DNA from: a virus
DNA length: 64,000 nucleotides
Virus record (IMG/VR): IMGVR_UViG_3300045049_000339
Span: 43,717 to 107,716 of that record
Strand: one strand, 5' to 3'
Positions 1-8,707 of this stretch are shown one piece after another; the stretch's first letter is position 1; the number at the start of each line of letters is the position of its first letter. Made by a program: the position numbers and the translations under genes. The notes under the pieces are model-generated. The model was not told the origin of the DNA, searched no databases, and saw only the letters and a program-made list of their open reading frames with translations.

Positions 1-1
1 G

Positions 2-349
2 AAGCGCACCGAGGAACTGGCCAAGTCCCGCACTCCTCCGCACCTGTTCAGCCCGTACGGACGCCGGTTCCTGCTGGACCCCGGCCACGAGTACACACAG
101 GGCTTCAACGCCCGTATCCAGGGCCACGCCGCCGAATACTTCAAGCGGTGCCTGCTGGACATCGACGCGGCGGGACTGGGCGACGCGATGGTGATGGTCG
201 TCCACGACGAGGTCATTGCCGAGGTGCCGCTGGAACAGGCGGAAGAGGCCAAGAAAATCATCGAGGACTGCATGACCGACAGGCATTCATATAAAGTTCC
301 TATTACTGCTGATGCATCAATTCTCACTGAGCGATGGAAGAAAACGTGA
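2..349 (+). CDS. polA: DNA polymerase, family A, C-terminal fragment (5' truncated by window)
   Basis: Frame 2 reads ...GFNARIQGHAAEYFK...MVMVVHDEVIAEVP...RWKKT*; the N.xIQG.AA and VHDE (motif C) signatures of PolA. Confidence 0.9.
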   Translation, partial: KRTEELAKSRTPPHLFSPYGRRFLLDPGHEYTQGFNARIQGHAAEYFKRCLLDIDAAGLGDAMVMVVHDEVIAEVPLEQAEEAKKIIEDCMTDRHSYKVPITADASILTERWKKT

Positions 350-780
350 GGGACATTAAGGCATACCACCGGAATCACGTAAAGCTGCACAAACAACGTG
401 GCCGAGCTGCCGACCATGTCTGCGTAGAATGTGGCAACCCAGCGCGAGAATGGGCGCAGACTCACGGAACGGATGGGACCGATCCGTGGGGGCACTACAA
501 CCCCATGTGCAAGCCGTGCCACCTGACATACGACAGGCCAGTTAAAGCTGCAAAGATCGCAGAAGTGCATACGGGACGTAGAAACTCTCCAGAGATTCGA
601 TCCCGTATGTCCGAGGCACAAAAGAAGCGCTTTGCAAAAAGTCCTGTTACTGAGGAGACAAAAAAGAAAACCTCCGCAGCTCTCAAGGGCAGAAAGGTGT
701 CAGCTGAGACTCGCGCCAAGTTGTCGGAGATCCAGAAGGCACGGTGGGAGCGCTGGCGTAAGGAAAGAGAGAAGACGTGA
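346..780 (+). CDS. HNH-like zinc-binding homing endonuclease with basic NUMOD3-like C-terminal repeats
   Basis: CVECG...EWA...YNPMCKPCHLTYD, then SPEIRSRMSEAQK / SAETRAKLSEIQK repeats; GTG at 346 overlaps the polA TGA (alternative ATG at 334). Confidence 0.7.
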   Translation: MRDIKAYHRNHVKLHKQRGRAADHVCVECGNPAREWAQTHGTDGTDPWGHYNPMCKPCHLTYDRPVKAAKIAEVHTGRRNSPEIRSRMSEAQKKRFAKSPVTEETKKKTSAALKGRKVSAETRAKLSEIQKARWERWRKEREKT

Positions 781-1229
781 ACGAACTTCCGCACGCTGTC
801 ATGTGGCTGGACCCAGGACTCACCACCGGGTGGGCGCTCCTGGCCGCTGGAATGTTCTCCAGTGGCCAGGAGGACTTCGCACACATGGGAATGCTCCTGG
901 AAGCCCTTGCTGAGCAGCACGGAGAGAAGCTGGCGATCGGCTGGGAGCAGTACATCGTCACGCCGGGTGGTGGCGTCACCGGCACGGCCAACCCACCGAT
1001 CGAAACGATCGGCATGGCCAAGTGGATCGCGCAGTGGCACGAGTGTCAGGTGCTCAAAGAGGTGCCGTCCTCGTTCCGGATCGTCGCCCAGCCGCACATG
1101 CTGAAAAAGCTCGGTTGGTACAAGCCCGGCCAGGATCACGCGAATCAGGCAACCCGTCATCTGATGGCGTGGATGCTTCGCGAGAAGCTGATGCCGATGG
1201 AGTTGTACACCGCACTGTTCGTGGGCTGA
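777..1229 (+). CDS. RuvC/RNase H-fold Holliday junction resolvase-like protein
   Basis: N-terminal WLDPGLTTGWALL, central IGWE, C-terminal DHANQATRH; lies in the replication module. Confidence 0.7.
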   Translation: MNELPHAVMWLDPGLTTGWALLAAGMFSSGQEDFAHMGMLLEALAEQHGEKLAIGWEQYIVTPGGGVTGTANPPIETIGMAKWIAQWHECQVLKEVPSSFRIVAQPHMLKKLGWYKPGQDHANQATRHLMAWMLREKLMPMELYTALFVG

Positions 1230-1259
1230 CTTGTCAGACCCTTGTGGAAGAGTGAACGC

Positions 1260-3011
1260 ATGGCACTCGCGGAACTGAACCAGGACAAGGAACGCATCGA
1301 CGTCCACGCCTCGTACGTGGAGAACGATCTCATCTCGCAGCTCCCCGGCGCACGGTTCGACCGTGTCGCCAAGAGCTGGCACGCGCCCATCTCCTGGGCC
1401 ACATGCATCGTTCTGCGATCACTGTTCGGGGACAACCTTGAGGTCGGCCCGAAGCTCCACGCATGGACGTGGGAGGAGTACCGGAACCGGATCAACCCAG
1501 CCACTTCGATCCGCGACGCGCTGGAGGATTCCGCCGACTTCCCGGAGCTGGACAAGGTGGAGGACGGCGCCCTGCTGCGCCTGTACCCGTACCAGCGCGT
1601 GGACGTCCGCTTCATGTCCATCAACAAGCGCGCCCTGCTGGCGCAGCCGCCGGGACTGGGAAAGTCCGCCGTGACAGTTCGTACACTTCAGGTCATGCAC
1701 GCGATGGGCGAGGCCGTCTTTCCCGCGCTCATCGTGTGCCCCAATTCCCTGAAGTACACGACGTGGGCGAAGGAGTTCGGCCGCTGGGCTCCGGAACTGG
1801 CCGTCACCGTCGTGGACGGTTCCGCCACGAAGAGGCGCAAGCAGCTCGCCGAAGACTCCGATGTCTTCGTGATGAACTGGGAAGCGCTGAAGCTCCATTC
1901 CTTCCTTGAGCAGTACGGCACGACGCCGCTCACGGCCAAGGAGAAGGAAGTCAAGGAGCTGAACGAGATGGGGCTGTGGACGGTCGTGTTCGACGAGGTC
2001 CATCGGATGCGTGACCCGCGTTCCCAGCAGACCCGTGCCGCCTGGGCACTGGCCCATGAAGCCGCCAATGCCTTCGGGTTGACCGGTACGCCGATCGGCA
2101 ACAACATCGGCGACCTGTGGTCGATCATGCACGCCATTGAGCCGAAGTGGTTCCCGCGCCGGACCAAGTTCCTCGACCGGTACGCTGTCACCAAGCTCAA
2201 CTACTTCGGCGGCCACGAGATCCTGGGGATCAATCCGCACACGAAGAAAGAACTCTTCCAGATCACGGACCCGCTGATGCGACGGGTTCCGAAATCAGCA
2301 GCATTGCCTCAACTCCCTCCGAAACTCCCGGTGCAGTACCGGGAGACGCCGATGGCAGCGAAGCAGGCCAAGGCATACAAGGAGATGGAGGAGACGATGG
2401 TGGCCAGGCTGAATGAGATCCTGATCGCCCCCTCGCCGCTGTCCGCGCTCACCCGTCTCTTGCAGTTCGCGTCCGCCTCTGCGGAGATCGACGAGAAGGG
2501 GCAGGTCAAATTGTCAGTCCCTTCTCCTAAGATCGACGACATGGTGGAACTGCTGGAGGAGATGGGGGACGAACCATTGGTTGTCGCCGCCGTTTCACGG
2601 CAGTTGATCGAACTGGCAGCGGAACGACTCGACAAGCTGAAGATTCCGTACGGGCTCATCACCGGAGCACAGGGATCAGCGCTTCGTGCACAAGCTGTCG
2701 ACGACTTCCAGGACGGGAAGACGCGGGTCATGCTGATGACAATCGGCGCTGGCGCCGAGGGCATTACTCTAACTCGCGCTGACACCATGCTTTTTATGCA
2801 AAGGGACTGGTCAGAAATCAAAAATGCCCAGAGCGAAGACAGGGTCCACAGGATCGGGTCTGAGATTCATGGGTGTGTACGTATCATTGATCAGATCGCT
2901 CCCGGTACGGTCGAGAGCCGGAAGATCGAACTTCTCAAGGTGAAGCAGGGGCGCATGGAAGAGCTGGTGCGGGACGGCGAGTCACTGGCGAAGCTGCTGG
3001 GGATGCGATGA
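1260..3011 (+). CDS. SNF2-family DNA helicase
   Basis: LYPYQ, QPPGLGKS (Walker A), LIVCP, FDEVH, LTGTPIGN, GAEGITLT, QSEDRVHRIG motifs. Confidence 0.92.
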   Translation: MALAELNQDKERIDVHASYVENDLISQLPGARFDRVAKSWHAPISWATCIVLRSLFGDNLEVGPKLHAWTWEEYRNRINPATSIRDALEDSADFPELDKVEDGALLRLYPYQRVDVRFMSINKRALLAQPPGLGKSAVTVRTLQVMHAMGEAVFPALIVCPNSLKYTTWAKEFGRWAPELAVTVVDGSATKRRKQLAEDSDVFVMNWEALKLHSFLEQYGTTPLTAKEKEVKELNEMGLWTVVFDEVHRMRDPRSQQTRAAWALAHEAANAFGLTGTPIGNNIGDLWSIMHAIEPKWFPRRTKFLDRYAVTKLNYFGGHEILGINPHTKKELFQITDPLMRRVPKSAALPQLPPKLPVQYRETPMAAKQAKAYKEMEETMVARLNEILIAPSPLSALTRLLQFASASAEIDEKGQVKLSVPSPKIDDMVELLEEMGDEPLVVAAVSRQLIELAAERLDKLKIPYGLITGAQGSALRAQAVDDFQDGKTRVMLMTIGAGAEGITLTRADTMLFMQRDWSEIKNAQSEDRVHRIGSEIHGCVRIIDQIAPGTVESRKIELLKVKQGRMEELVRDGESLAKLLGMR

Positions 3012-3970
3012 GTGATCTCGTGCTGTCGAACTCAACTATCCGCACCTGGAAGTCATGTAAGCGGCAATACTGGTTGAGACACTACCGTGAGCTTGCCGTT
3101 CCGCACCGTCGGCACAACCCGACCTCGGTGGCGGAGCTGGGCACCCGTGTGCACACGATTCTTGAGGCTCTGTACGGGTATGAGATCCCGTTCGAGGTCT
3201 CCATCCCGGTGATCTACGACGCCGCGAAGGAGGAGTACCCGGACTACGCGCTCCAGCTCGAAGCGGAGCAGGAGCTTGTCGAGATCATGGTGAACGGCTG
3301 GCTGGACTGGGCTGCGGAGCAGGGCATCGACAACGCCTTTGACGTGGTCGCGACCGAGAAAACCGTGCAGTATCAGATGGAGATCGGGGGTGGACGAACG
3401 GTCACCCTGATGGGTAAGCTAGACCAGCAGGTGCGGCGGAAGTTCGACGACGCACTGATGTTCCGGGACTGGAAGACGTGCGGCACTTTTTCCAAGGCGG
3501 ACGACCTCATCCGCGACGAACAGTTCCGCTTCTACTCGATGCTCTGGTCGCTCATCGCGCCTGAGGGTGAACGCGTCGGCGGCGGTTTGTATACACAGAT
3601 CCGTCGTTCAAATCAGTCGGCCCGCTCCAAGGGGCCGTACTACCAGCAGATCGCCGTGTCTTACAACAAGGACGACCTCCGGTCCATGTGGTACCGGACC
3701 TGGGAAGTGGCGAATGAGATCGACCGCTTTCACCGCCGCATGGACGCTGGGGAGAGTCACCTCCAGGTGGCCTACCCCAATCCGTCGATGTCCTGTTCCT
3801 GGTCGTGCCCTTTCGTGAATGTCTGCCACATGGCCGATGACGGGTCACGGTTCGAGGACGCACTGTCCAACTTGTTTGAAACTAAAGATCCTTACGCGTA
3901 CTACGGCTCAGAGCAGATCAATTTGGTCAAGGAAGCTGTGGGAACTAAGGACGAGGGTCAAAGTGCCTAA
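3008..3970 (+). CDS. PD-(D/E)XK RecB/Cas4-like exonuclease
   Basis: SNSTIRTWKSCKRQYW, LGTRVH, GKLD...DWKT, and C-terminal CSWSCPFVNVC Fe-S-type cysteines. Confidence 0.85.
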   Translation: MSDLVLSNSTIRTWKSCKRQYWLRHYRELAVPHRRHNPTSVAELGTRVHTILEALYGYEIPFEVSIPVIYDAAKEEYPDYALQLEAEQELVEIMVNGWLDWAAEQGIDNAFDVVATEKTVQYQMEIGGGRTVTLMGKLDQQVRRKFDDALMFRDWKTCGTFSKADDLIRDEQFRFYSMLWSLIAPEGERVGGGLYTQIRRSNQSARSKGPYYQQIAVSYNKDDLRSMWYRTWEVANEIDRFHRRMDAGESHLQVAYPNPSMSCSWSCPFVNVCHMADDGSRFEDALSNLFETKDPYAYYGSEQINLVKEAVGTKDEGQSA

Positions 3971-4433
3971 GTGTGTAGAAGGATGTGTCTGCAAGAAACA
4001 CGTCCAGCGTATTCGTACGAAGCATGCTCTGGACTGCGATTGTTCACGCTGCTACGACACGCGGCACAAGCGCGTTTTCCATCGACGAGGAAGCGCGAAA
4101 GCTCAGATGTGCATTGAGTGTGGTGTCACCGCTCAGGAATGGGCGCACACCCACGGCTCAGATCCGAACCTGCCGGACAACTATCGCCCGATGTGCCGTA
4201 AGTGTCATCGGAAATACGACGGCTGGGGCGAGATGATCAGCAAGGCCAAAACGGCTTACTGGGCAACCATCCCGCCAGAAGAACGAAATAGAGATCCCGA
4301 GACGCGCAGGAAGAACTCGGAAGCGCAGAAGGCCCGCTGGGCTGCAATGTCGCCGGAGCGCCGGAAGTCCGTGATTGAGAATGCGGCGGAAGGACAGAGG
4401 CGACGAAACAGAAGTATGAGGGGAGCGGAATGA
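3963..4433 (+). CDS. HNH-like zinc-binding endonuclease, paralog of 346-780
   Basis: CIECGVTAQEWAHTHG...YRPMCRKCHRKYD aligns by eye with the 346-780 product; GTG start overlaps the upstream gene end. Confidence 0.7.
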   Translation: MPKCVEGCVCKKHVQRIRTKHALDCDCSRCYDTRHKRVFHRRGSAKAQMCIECGVTAQEWAHTHGSDPNLPDNYRPMCRKCHRKYDGWGEMISKAKTAYWATIPPEERNRDPETRRKNSEAQKARWAAMSPERRKSVIENAAEGQRRRNRSMRGAE

Positions 4434-5185
4434 GCACAGAGCACCTTGGCCTATCGGTGATCGTGCACGGACCGGCGAAGAGCGGGAAGTCGTTCCTCGC
4501 CGACACGATGCCCGGCCCGCGTCTGGTTCTGGATGCGGAGATGGGGAGCCGCTTTACCCCCAGTAAGAAAAAAGTCTGGGAACCGGCAAAGGAGGCTCCC
4601 CCGGTCGCGGATGGAACGTGGGACACGTGCATCGTGTACGTCCGTGATTACCGTGCTGTCCTCAAGGCGTACGAGTGGCTTGACAGTGGAAAGCATCCGT
4701 TCAAGTCCGTTGCCTTGGACTCGATTTCGGAAATTCAGCAGAGGGCTGTAGATGCCCTTGCCGGTATTCAGCAGCCCACACAGCAGGACTGGGGAACCCT
4801 GCTGCGCCAGGTTTCGGACCTGGTGCGCCGGTTCCGTGATCTGACTACAAACCCCACTCGTCCGCTGGACGCCGTGGTGTTCATCGCCATGACGCGCCAG
4901 GGCCGTGAGGGCGACGCCACCTGGCGCCCGCATGTGCAGGGATCGCTGGCCACGGTTCTGCCTTATTTCACTGATCTGGTCGGCTACCTGTGTGTGGCGC
5001 CGCAGCCGGACGGCACCTCCGTGCGCCGCCTGTTCACCGGCCCCGTGCCCGGCTTCGAGACGGGTGAGCGCGTCGGCGGACGCCTGGGCGATTTCACGGA
5101 CAACCCGAACATCACCGAAATGCTGGCCCGCGTACGGGGTTGCAGCGTTGAGGAAGTCACCGGAACGAAGGAGAGCGCGAAGTGA
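4430..5185 (+). CDS. AAA_24/Sak4-like ATPase (recombinase-associated)
   Basis: IVHGPAKSGKS Walker A, VLDAEMG, VALDSISE, QQDWG; lies between the exonuclease and SSB-like genes. Confidence 0.8.
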   Translation: MSTEHLGLSVIVHGPAKSGKSFLADTMPGPRLVLDAEMGSRFTPSKKKVWEPAKEAPPVADGTWDTCIVYVRDYRAVLKAYEWLDSGKHPFKSVALDSISEIQQRAVDALAGIQQPTQQDWGTLLRQVSDLVRRFRDLTTNPTRPLDAVVFIAMTRQGREGDATWRPHVQGSLATVLPYFTDLVGYLCVAPQPDGTSVRRLFTGPVPGFETGERVGGRLGDFTDNPNITEMLARVRGCSVEEVTGTKESAK

Positions 5186-5772
5186 CGACCCTGCCCTGGG
5201 ACGAGATGATCAACAACTCCAAGGACGACGGGAAGCAGCGCGTCCCGGACGGCACCTACGAGTGCATCGTGAAGTCCACGGAGGTCGGCCAGACGGCCAA
5301 CGGCTACAAGCGGATCAACACCCGCTTCATCGTGGACGAGGGTCCGTACAAGGGCTCCAGCGTCTTCAACAACTTCATCATCACCCCGGACAAGCCCGGC
5401 GGCATGGACCTGTTCTTCCGCAACATGGGCGCGCTGGGCCTGACCAAGGACGTCCTGGCGGCCAGCAAGCCGTCGCTGGAGGCCCTGGCCGAGATGATGA
5501 AGGACCGACGCGCGGAGCTGACCGTGGGCACGCGCGTGTTCAACGGTAAGGAGTACGACGACGTCAAGCAGATGAAGCCGCTGGGCAACCCCGGAGGCGG
5601 CTTCTCCTTCGGTGGCGACACGATCCTGCCGCCGGTCGCCGTGAACCGACCGTCCACGCCGGTCCCCTCTGCCCTGCCGCCGGTCCCGACCGTCACGGAC
5701 GCCATGCCGACCGTCATGCCGGTGCCCCCGGCGTCGGACGAGAACGGCCTGCCGCCGGAGCCTCCGTTCTGA
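5182..5772 (+). CDS. DUF669-like single-stranded DNA-binding protein
   Basis: VPDGTYECIVKSTE...EGPYKGSSVFNN; Pro-rich tail ending PPF; follows the Sak4-like gene. Confidence 0.7.
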   Translation: MTTLPWDEMINNSKDDGKQRVPDGTYECIVKSTEVGQTANGYKRINTRFIVDEGPYKGSSVFNNFIITPDKPGGMDLFFRNMGALGLTKDVLAASKPSLEALAEMMKDRRAELTVGTRVFNGKEYDDVKQMKPLGNPGGGFSFGGDTILPPVAVNRPSTPVPSALPPVPTVTDAMPTVMPVPPASDENGLPPEPPF

Positions 5773-5832
5773 TAGCTTGATGGAGCTGGCCCGGTTTCGG
5801 CATCGCCGACGGAGTGGCCGGGCCAGCACCCA

Positions 5833-5906
5833 CGGGACGTAGCTCAGCTTGGTAGAGCTTCCGCTTTGGGAGCGGAAGGCCGCACGTTCGAATCGTGTCG
5901 TCCCGA
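5833..5906 (+). tRNA. tRNA-Pro(TGG)
   Basis: Cloverleaf: CGGGACG/CGTCCCG acceptor, anticodon loop TTTGGGA, T loop TTCGAAT; no encoded CCA. Confidence 0.93.
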
Positions 5907-5937
5907 CGGCCGGTACCTGCGGAAACCCTTACTCCGC

Positions 5938-6021
5938 CTGGGTGCGGGAGGCCAACTCCGATGATCCGCGTGGCGGCTCTCTCGGTGCAAGATCCCGCAC
6001 GCTCGTAGTAGGCGAGCCCGG
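5938..6021 (+). ncRNA. Putative structured RNA in tRNA array
   Basis: GTGCGGGA/TCCCGCAC and GCTCG/CGAGC helices enclosed by CTGG/CCGG; no credible ORF. Confidence 0.35.
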
Positions 6022-6028
6022 CATTCTC

Positions 6029-6146
6029 GGACGGAGTGGATGCGTCGGCCGGTTCGAGTCCGGTCATCCCCAGGGATGGGGGTCTGGCTGCGGCCAGCAA
6101 ATAGGGCGACGGCCCGCGCAGAGGGGTTCGACTCCCCTCCCGTCCA
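6029..6146 (+). ncRNA. tRNA-like RNA with two T-loop hairpins
   Basis: GGACGG/CCGTCC+A acceptor-like stem; terminal T arm AGGGG-TTCGACT-CCCCT; internal second arm GGCCGG-TTCGAGT-CCGGTC. Confidence 0.55.
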
Positions 6147-6147
6147 C

Positions 6148-6199
6148 GGTCCCCACGAGTGATACCGGCCGCTGCGTAGGCCGGAGCCTCGTGGGGGCT
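6148..6199 (+). ncRNA. Long hairpin unit in tRNA array
   Basis: GGTCCCCACGAG/CTCGTGGGGGCT plus inner CCGGCC/GGCCGG. Confidence 0.35.
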
Positions 6200-6203
6200 T
6201 CCC

Positions 6204-6286
6204 GCGTCTGTGGTGCAATGGCTGACACGCGCCGCTCAAAACGGCGTCCACGCAGGTGGGTGTGGGTTCGAGTCCCACCAGGCGCA
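6204..6286 (+). tRNA. tRNA-Leu(CAA)
   Basis: GCGTCTG/CAGGCGC acceptor, CGCCG-CTCAAAA-CGGCG anticodon arm, long variable arm, TTCGAGT T loop. Confidence 0.93.
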
Positions 6287-6291
6287 CGGAG

Positions 6292-6320
6292 TTGACACAA
6301 GTCCCCGGCAGGGGTAGTGT
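6292..6320 (+). promoter_or_regulatory. sigma70/HrdB-type promoter
   Basis: TTGACA-N17-TAGTGT upstream of the ORF at 6384. Confidence 0.7.
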
Positions 6321-6383
6321 TCTTCTCGTCAGCCCGCAAGGGCAGCAGGAACAGGAACGCAGTCCCCTAGGAAAGTAGGACCC

Positions 6384-7100
6384 ATGAGCGAGGGTACGAA
6401 CAGCGCCACCGAGACCGTGGCGGACAAGCCGGTCGAGATCGACTACGAGGCGTTCGCCGAGGAGTACAAGAAGCGCTCCAAGGTGCTGGCCGAGGAGCGC
6501 GACGAGGCCAACCGTGCCGCCATGAGCGAGTACAGCAAGGTCCAGAGCGCTGCGGACGAGGAGCGCCGGAAGGCCCGCCAGGAGGCCGACCGGGTCTACA
6601 ACGCCGCCGTCAACGGGGAGGCCGAGAAGCTCAAGGCGGCGGAGGAGGCGATCGACGCCGCCCACAAGGAGAAGCACAAGGCGCTCCTGGCGGAGCTGCT
6701 GGGCGGTGCCGCCTCCCCGGCGTCGATGGTGATGGCCTGGACCGTGTCCAAGGGCCACTACCGCAACTACCGGTACGACTACATCGAGCCGATCGTCGAG
6801 TACCTGCGGGCGACCCCCGAGGCGACCCTGGCCGACCTGGTCAAGTTCGGCCGTGTGACGCGCCGCTGGTGCACGGACTACACCAACTACATCGAGAAGG
6901 CCCTGCGCGACGGCGTCAACATCACGGGCGCCTCCGAGCAGGAGATCGCGGCCTTCCGGGCGATCCGTGCCGCTGAGCTGTCCGAGTCCTACGGGACGCG
7001 GCGCTCCAACATCGTCAAGGGCCTCAAGAACCTGCTGGAGGTGACCGGCGTGGGCACCGCGATGCTGGACGCCTTCCCCAAGGACTTGATCGAGTCCTGA
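6384..7100 (+). CDS. Hypothetical protein with N-terminal coiled coil
   Basis: 238 aa, strong GC3 bias, RBS AGGA, own promoter. Confidence 0.8.
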   Translation: MSEGTNSATETVADKPVEIDYEAFAEEYKKRSKVLAEERDEANRAAMSEYSKVQSAADEERRKARQEADRVYNAAVNGEAEKLKAAEEAIDAAHKEKHKALLAELLGGAASPASMVMAWTVSKGHYRNYRYDYIEPIVEYLRATPEATLADLVKFGRVTRRWCTDYTNYIEKALRDGVNITGASEQEIAAFRAIRAAELSESYGTRRSNIVKGLKNLLEVTGVGTAMLDAFPKDLIES

Positions 7101-7170
7101 CGCAAGACACCGGACCGGCGTCTGGGGGCGCCGGTCCGGCACGCAGTATGATACTGTGGGATCAACACGT

Positions 7171-7244
7171 AGCAGCGTGGAGCAGCTCGGTAGCTCGCTA
7201 GGCTCATAACCTAGAAGTCGCAGGTTCAAATCCTGTCGCTGCCA
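7171..7244 (+). tRNA. tRNA-Met(CAT), initiator-like
   Basis: CTAGG-CTCATAA-CCTAG anticodon arm; A1:C72 mismatch; fMet-type D arm GAGCAGCTCGGTAGCTC. Confidence 0.9.
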
Positions 7245-7246
7245 CT

Positions 7247-7290
7247 AAGGTCCCGTACTTGCCGCCAAAGCGAGACGGGACCTTTGTTTT
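7247..7290 (+). terminator. Rho-independent terminator
   Basis: AAGGTCCCGT/ACGGGACCTT stem followed by TGTTTT. Confidence 0.7.
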
Positions 7291-7294
7291 ACCC

Positions 7295-7323
7295 TTGACA
7301 CACCATGCACTATCCACTAGGCT
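7295..7323 (+). promoter_or_regulatory. sigma70/HrdB-type promoter
   Basis: TTGACA-N17-TAGGCT. Confidence 0.7.
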
Positions 7324-7354
7324 GGCACATAGGAATAAGGAAAGGATTGCTGCC

Positions 7355-7933
7355 ATGAGCGGGGCAGAGATCGTCTCCCTGGGGGAGACCCGTCGTAGAA
7401 AGAACCCCTTCGCGGGACTGGGCCGTCATCGTCGCACGCCCGAAGCGTGGGCGCAGATGGTGCTCGACAACCAGATCCTGGAGGCCCGTGCCAGGCGGGC
7501 CGAGGAGGCGCTGGAGCGCTCCAACAACCGCATCGAGGAGCTGGACACGGTCATCAGCCTCATGCGTGAGGACATGACCTCCCTGCGTGCCGAGGTGAAG
7601 CAGGTGCGCGCCCTCATGGCCGCCGCGCCGGACCAGGAGAAGGTCACCATCCTGCCGCCTCCCTCGGACCCCGAGGAGACGCAGCCGATCTCCCAGGCGG
7701 AGCTGTTCGCCGACAAGGACCCGATGGCCGCGATGCGGCCGAAGATCCGCGTGGGCACCATCAACGGCCCGGCCACCCCCAGTGCCCCGTCCGCCGCGAC
7801 GCAGCTCATCTCCCGGATCACGGCGCCCCCGCCGGACTCGGAGATGGTCAAGCACGTCGCCGTGACGCAGCCGATCCCCCTGTTCGACTCACCGATGGCG
7901 CGCGGCGCGCGGGTGCAGCGCAACACCGCCTGA
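7355..7933 (+). CDS. Hypothetical coiled-coil / Pro-rich protein
   Basis: ATG at 7355 after AAGGA; GC3 bias. Confidence 0.75.
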   Translation: MSGAEIVSLGETRRRKNPFAGLGRHRRTPEAWAQMVLDNQILEARARRAEEALERSNNRIEELDTVISLMREDMTSLRAEVKQVRALMAAAPDQEKVTILPPPSDPEETQPISQAELFADKDPMAAMRPKIRVGTINGPATPSAPSAATQLISRITAPPPDSEMVKHVAVTQPIPLFDSPMARGARVQRNTA

Positions 7934-7966
7934 CCTGCGCAGATGTGATACCATAGAGGAAGGCAG

Positions 7967-8428
7967 GTGCGGAAAATGAACGATCTGATCAACGCCTACT
8001 ACTTCGACTTCCAGGGCACTCTCGTTGACGTGCGCGGAATCCGTCACCTCTTGGAGACCACCCCCAAGCGGTACGACTCGTTCCACTACGCCACGGCAAG
8101 CTGCCCGCCGATCTCGTGGGTGGCGTCCGAGGCCCGCAGGGCGCATGAAGAGGGCTTCGCGGTGCTCCTGGGCACCGGTATGACCGAGCGCTTCCGGCCC
8201 CTGGTGAACTTCTGGCTGGCCAGCCACGAGGTGCATGTGGACGACCTCCAGATGCGCCCCGACGATGACTTCTGCAAGGACTTCATCCTGAAGAACCGCA
8301 TGCTGAGGCGGTGGCAGAACACTCACCGCTTCGTTCACGCGTACGACGACAACCCGGCCGTGATCGAGCACGTCTGGGCAGCAGCGAATATCCCGCACAC
8401 GACCGTGCCGGGATGGGGAGAAGGATAG
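7967..8428 (+). CDS. HAD-family phosphatase resembling the phage PNKP 3'-phosphatase domain
   Basis: YFDFQGTLVDV (motif I variant), LGTG, LQMRPDDD, K, AYDDNP motifs. Confidence 0.75.
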   Translation: MRKMNDLINAYYFDFQGTLVDVRGIRHLLETTPKRYDSFHYATASCPPISWVASEARRAHEEGFAVLLGTGMTERFRPLVNFWLASHEVHVDDLQMRPDDDFCKDFILKNRMLRRWQNTHRFVHAYDDNPAVIEHVWAAANIPHTTVPGWGEG

Positions 8429-8430
8429 AT

Positions 8431-8655
8431 ATGACTGACCTGGGCACCGCCGACCGTGACTATGTCTGCGGACCCGACTGCAAGGCCCTCCGTGCGGTGA
8501 AAACCGCCCCGGTGACGGAGGAGAACGAGGAGAGCAAGGCGCCCTGGTGGGAGATGGCTCTGGTCATCATCCTGGGTACCGTCGTCGTGGCCTTCGCCAC
8601 GGTCGGTGCTCTGGACGTCGGCATTCGTGCGGCGCTCGACTACTGGCACTTCTGA
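8431..8655 (+). CDS. Small membrane protein
   Basis: ATG at 8431 after AAGGA; hydrophobic ALVIILGTVVVAFATVGAL. Confidence 0.65.
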   Translation: MTDLGTADRDYVCGPDCKALRAVKTAPVTEENEESKAPWWEMALVIILGTVVVAFATVGALDVGIRAALDYWHF

Positions 8656-8707
8656 CGAGGTTGTGCTAGTCTAGGAACACGAGGAAAGAGGAAAGGAAGT
8701 CGACGCA

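Noticed and set aside
5950-6015. 5S rRNA-like words (CCGATG, AGTAGG)
   Set aside because: Helix arrangement and the conserved CCGAAC loop of 5S rRNA are absent
6029-6146. tmRNA
   Set aside because: Too short, no G3:U70 pair and no tag reading frame
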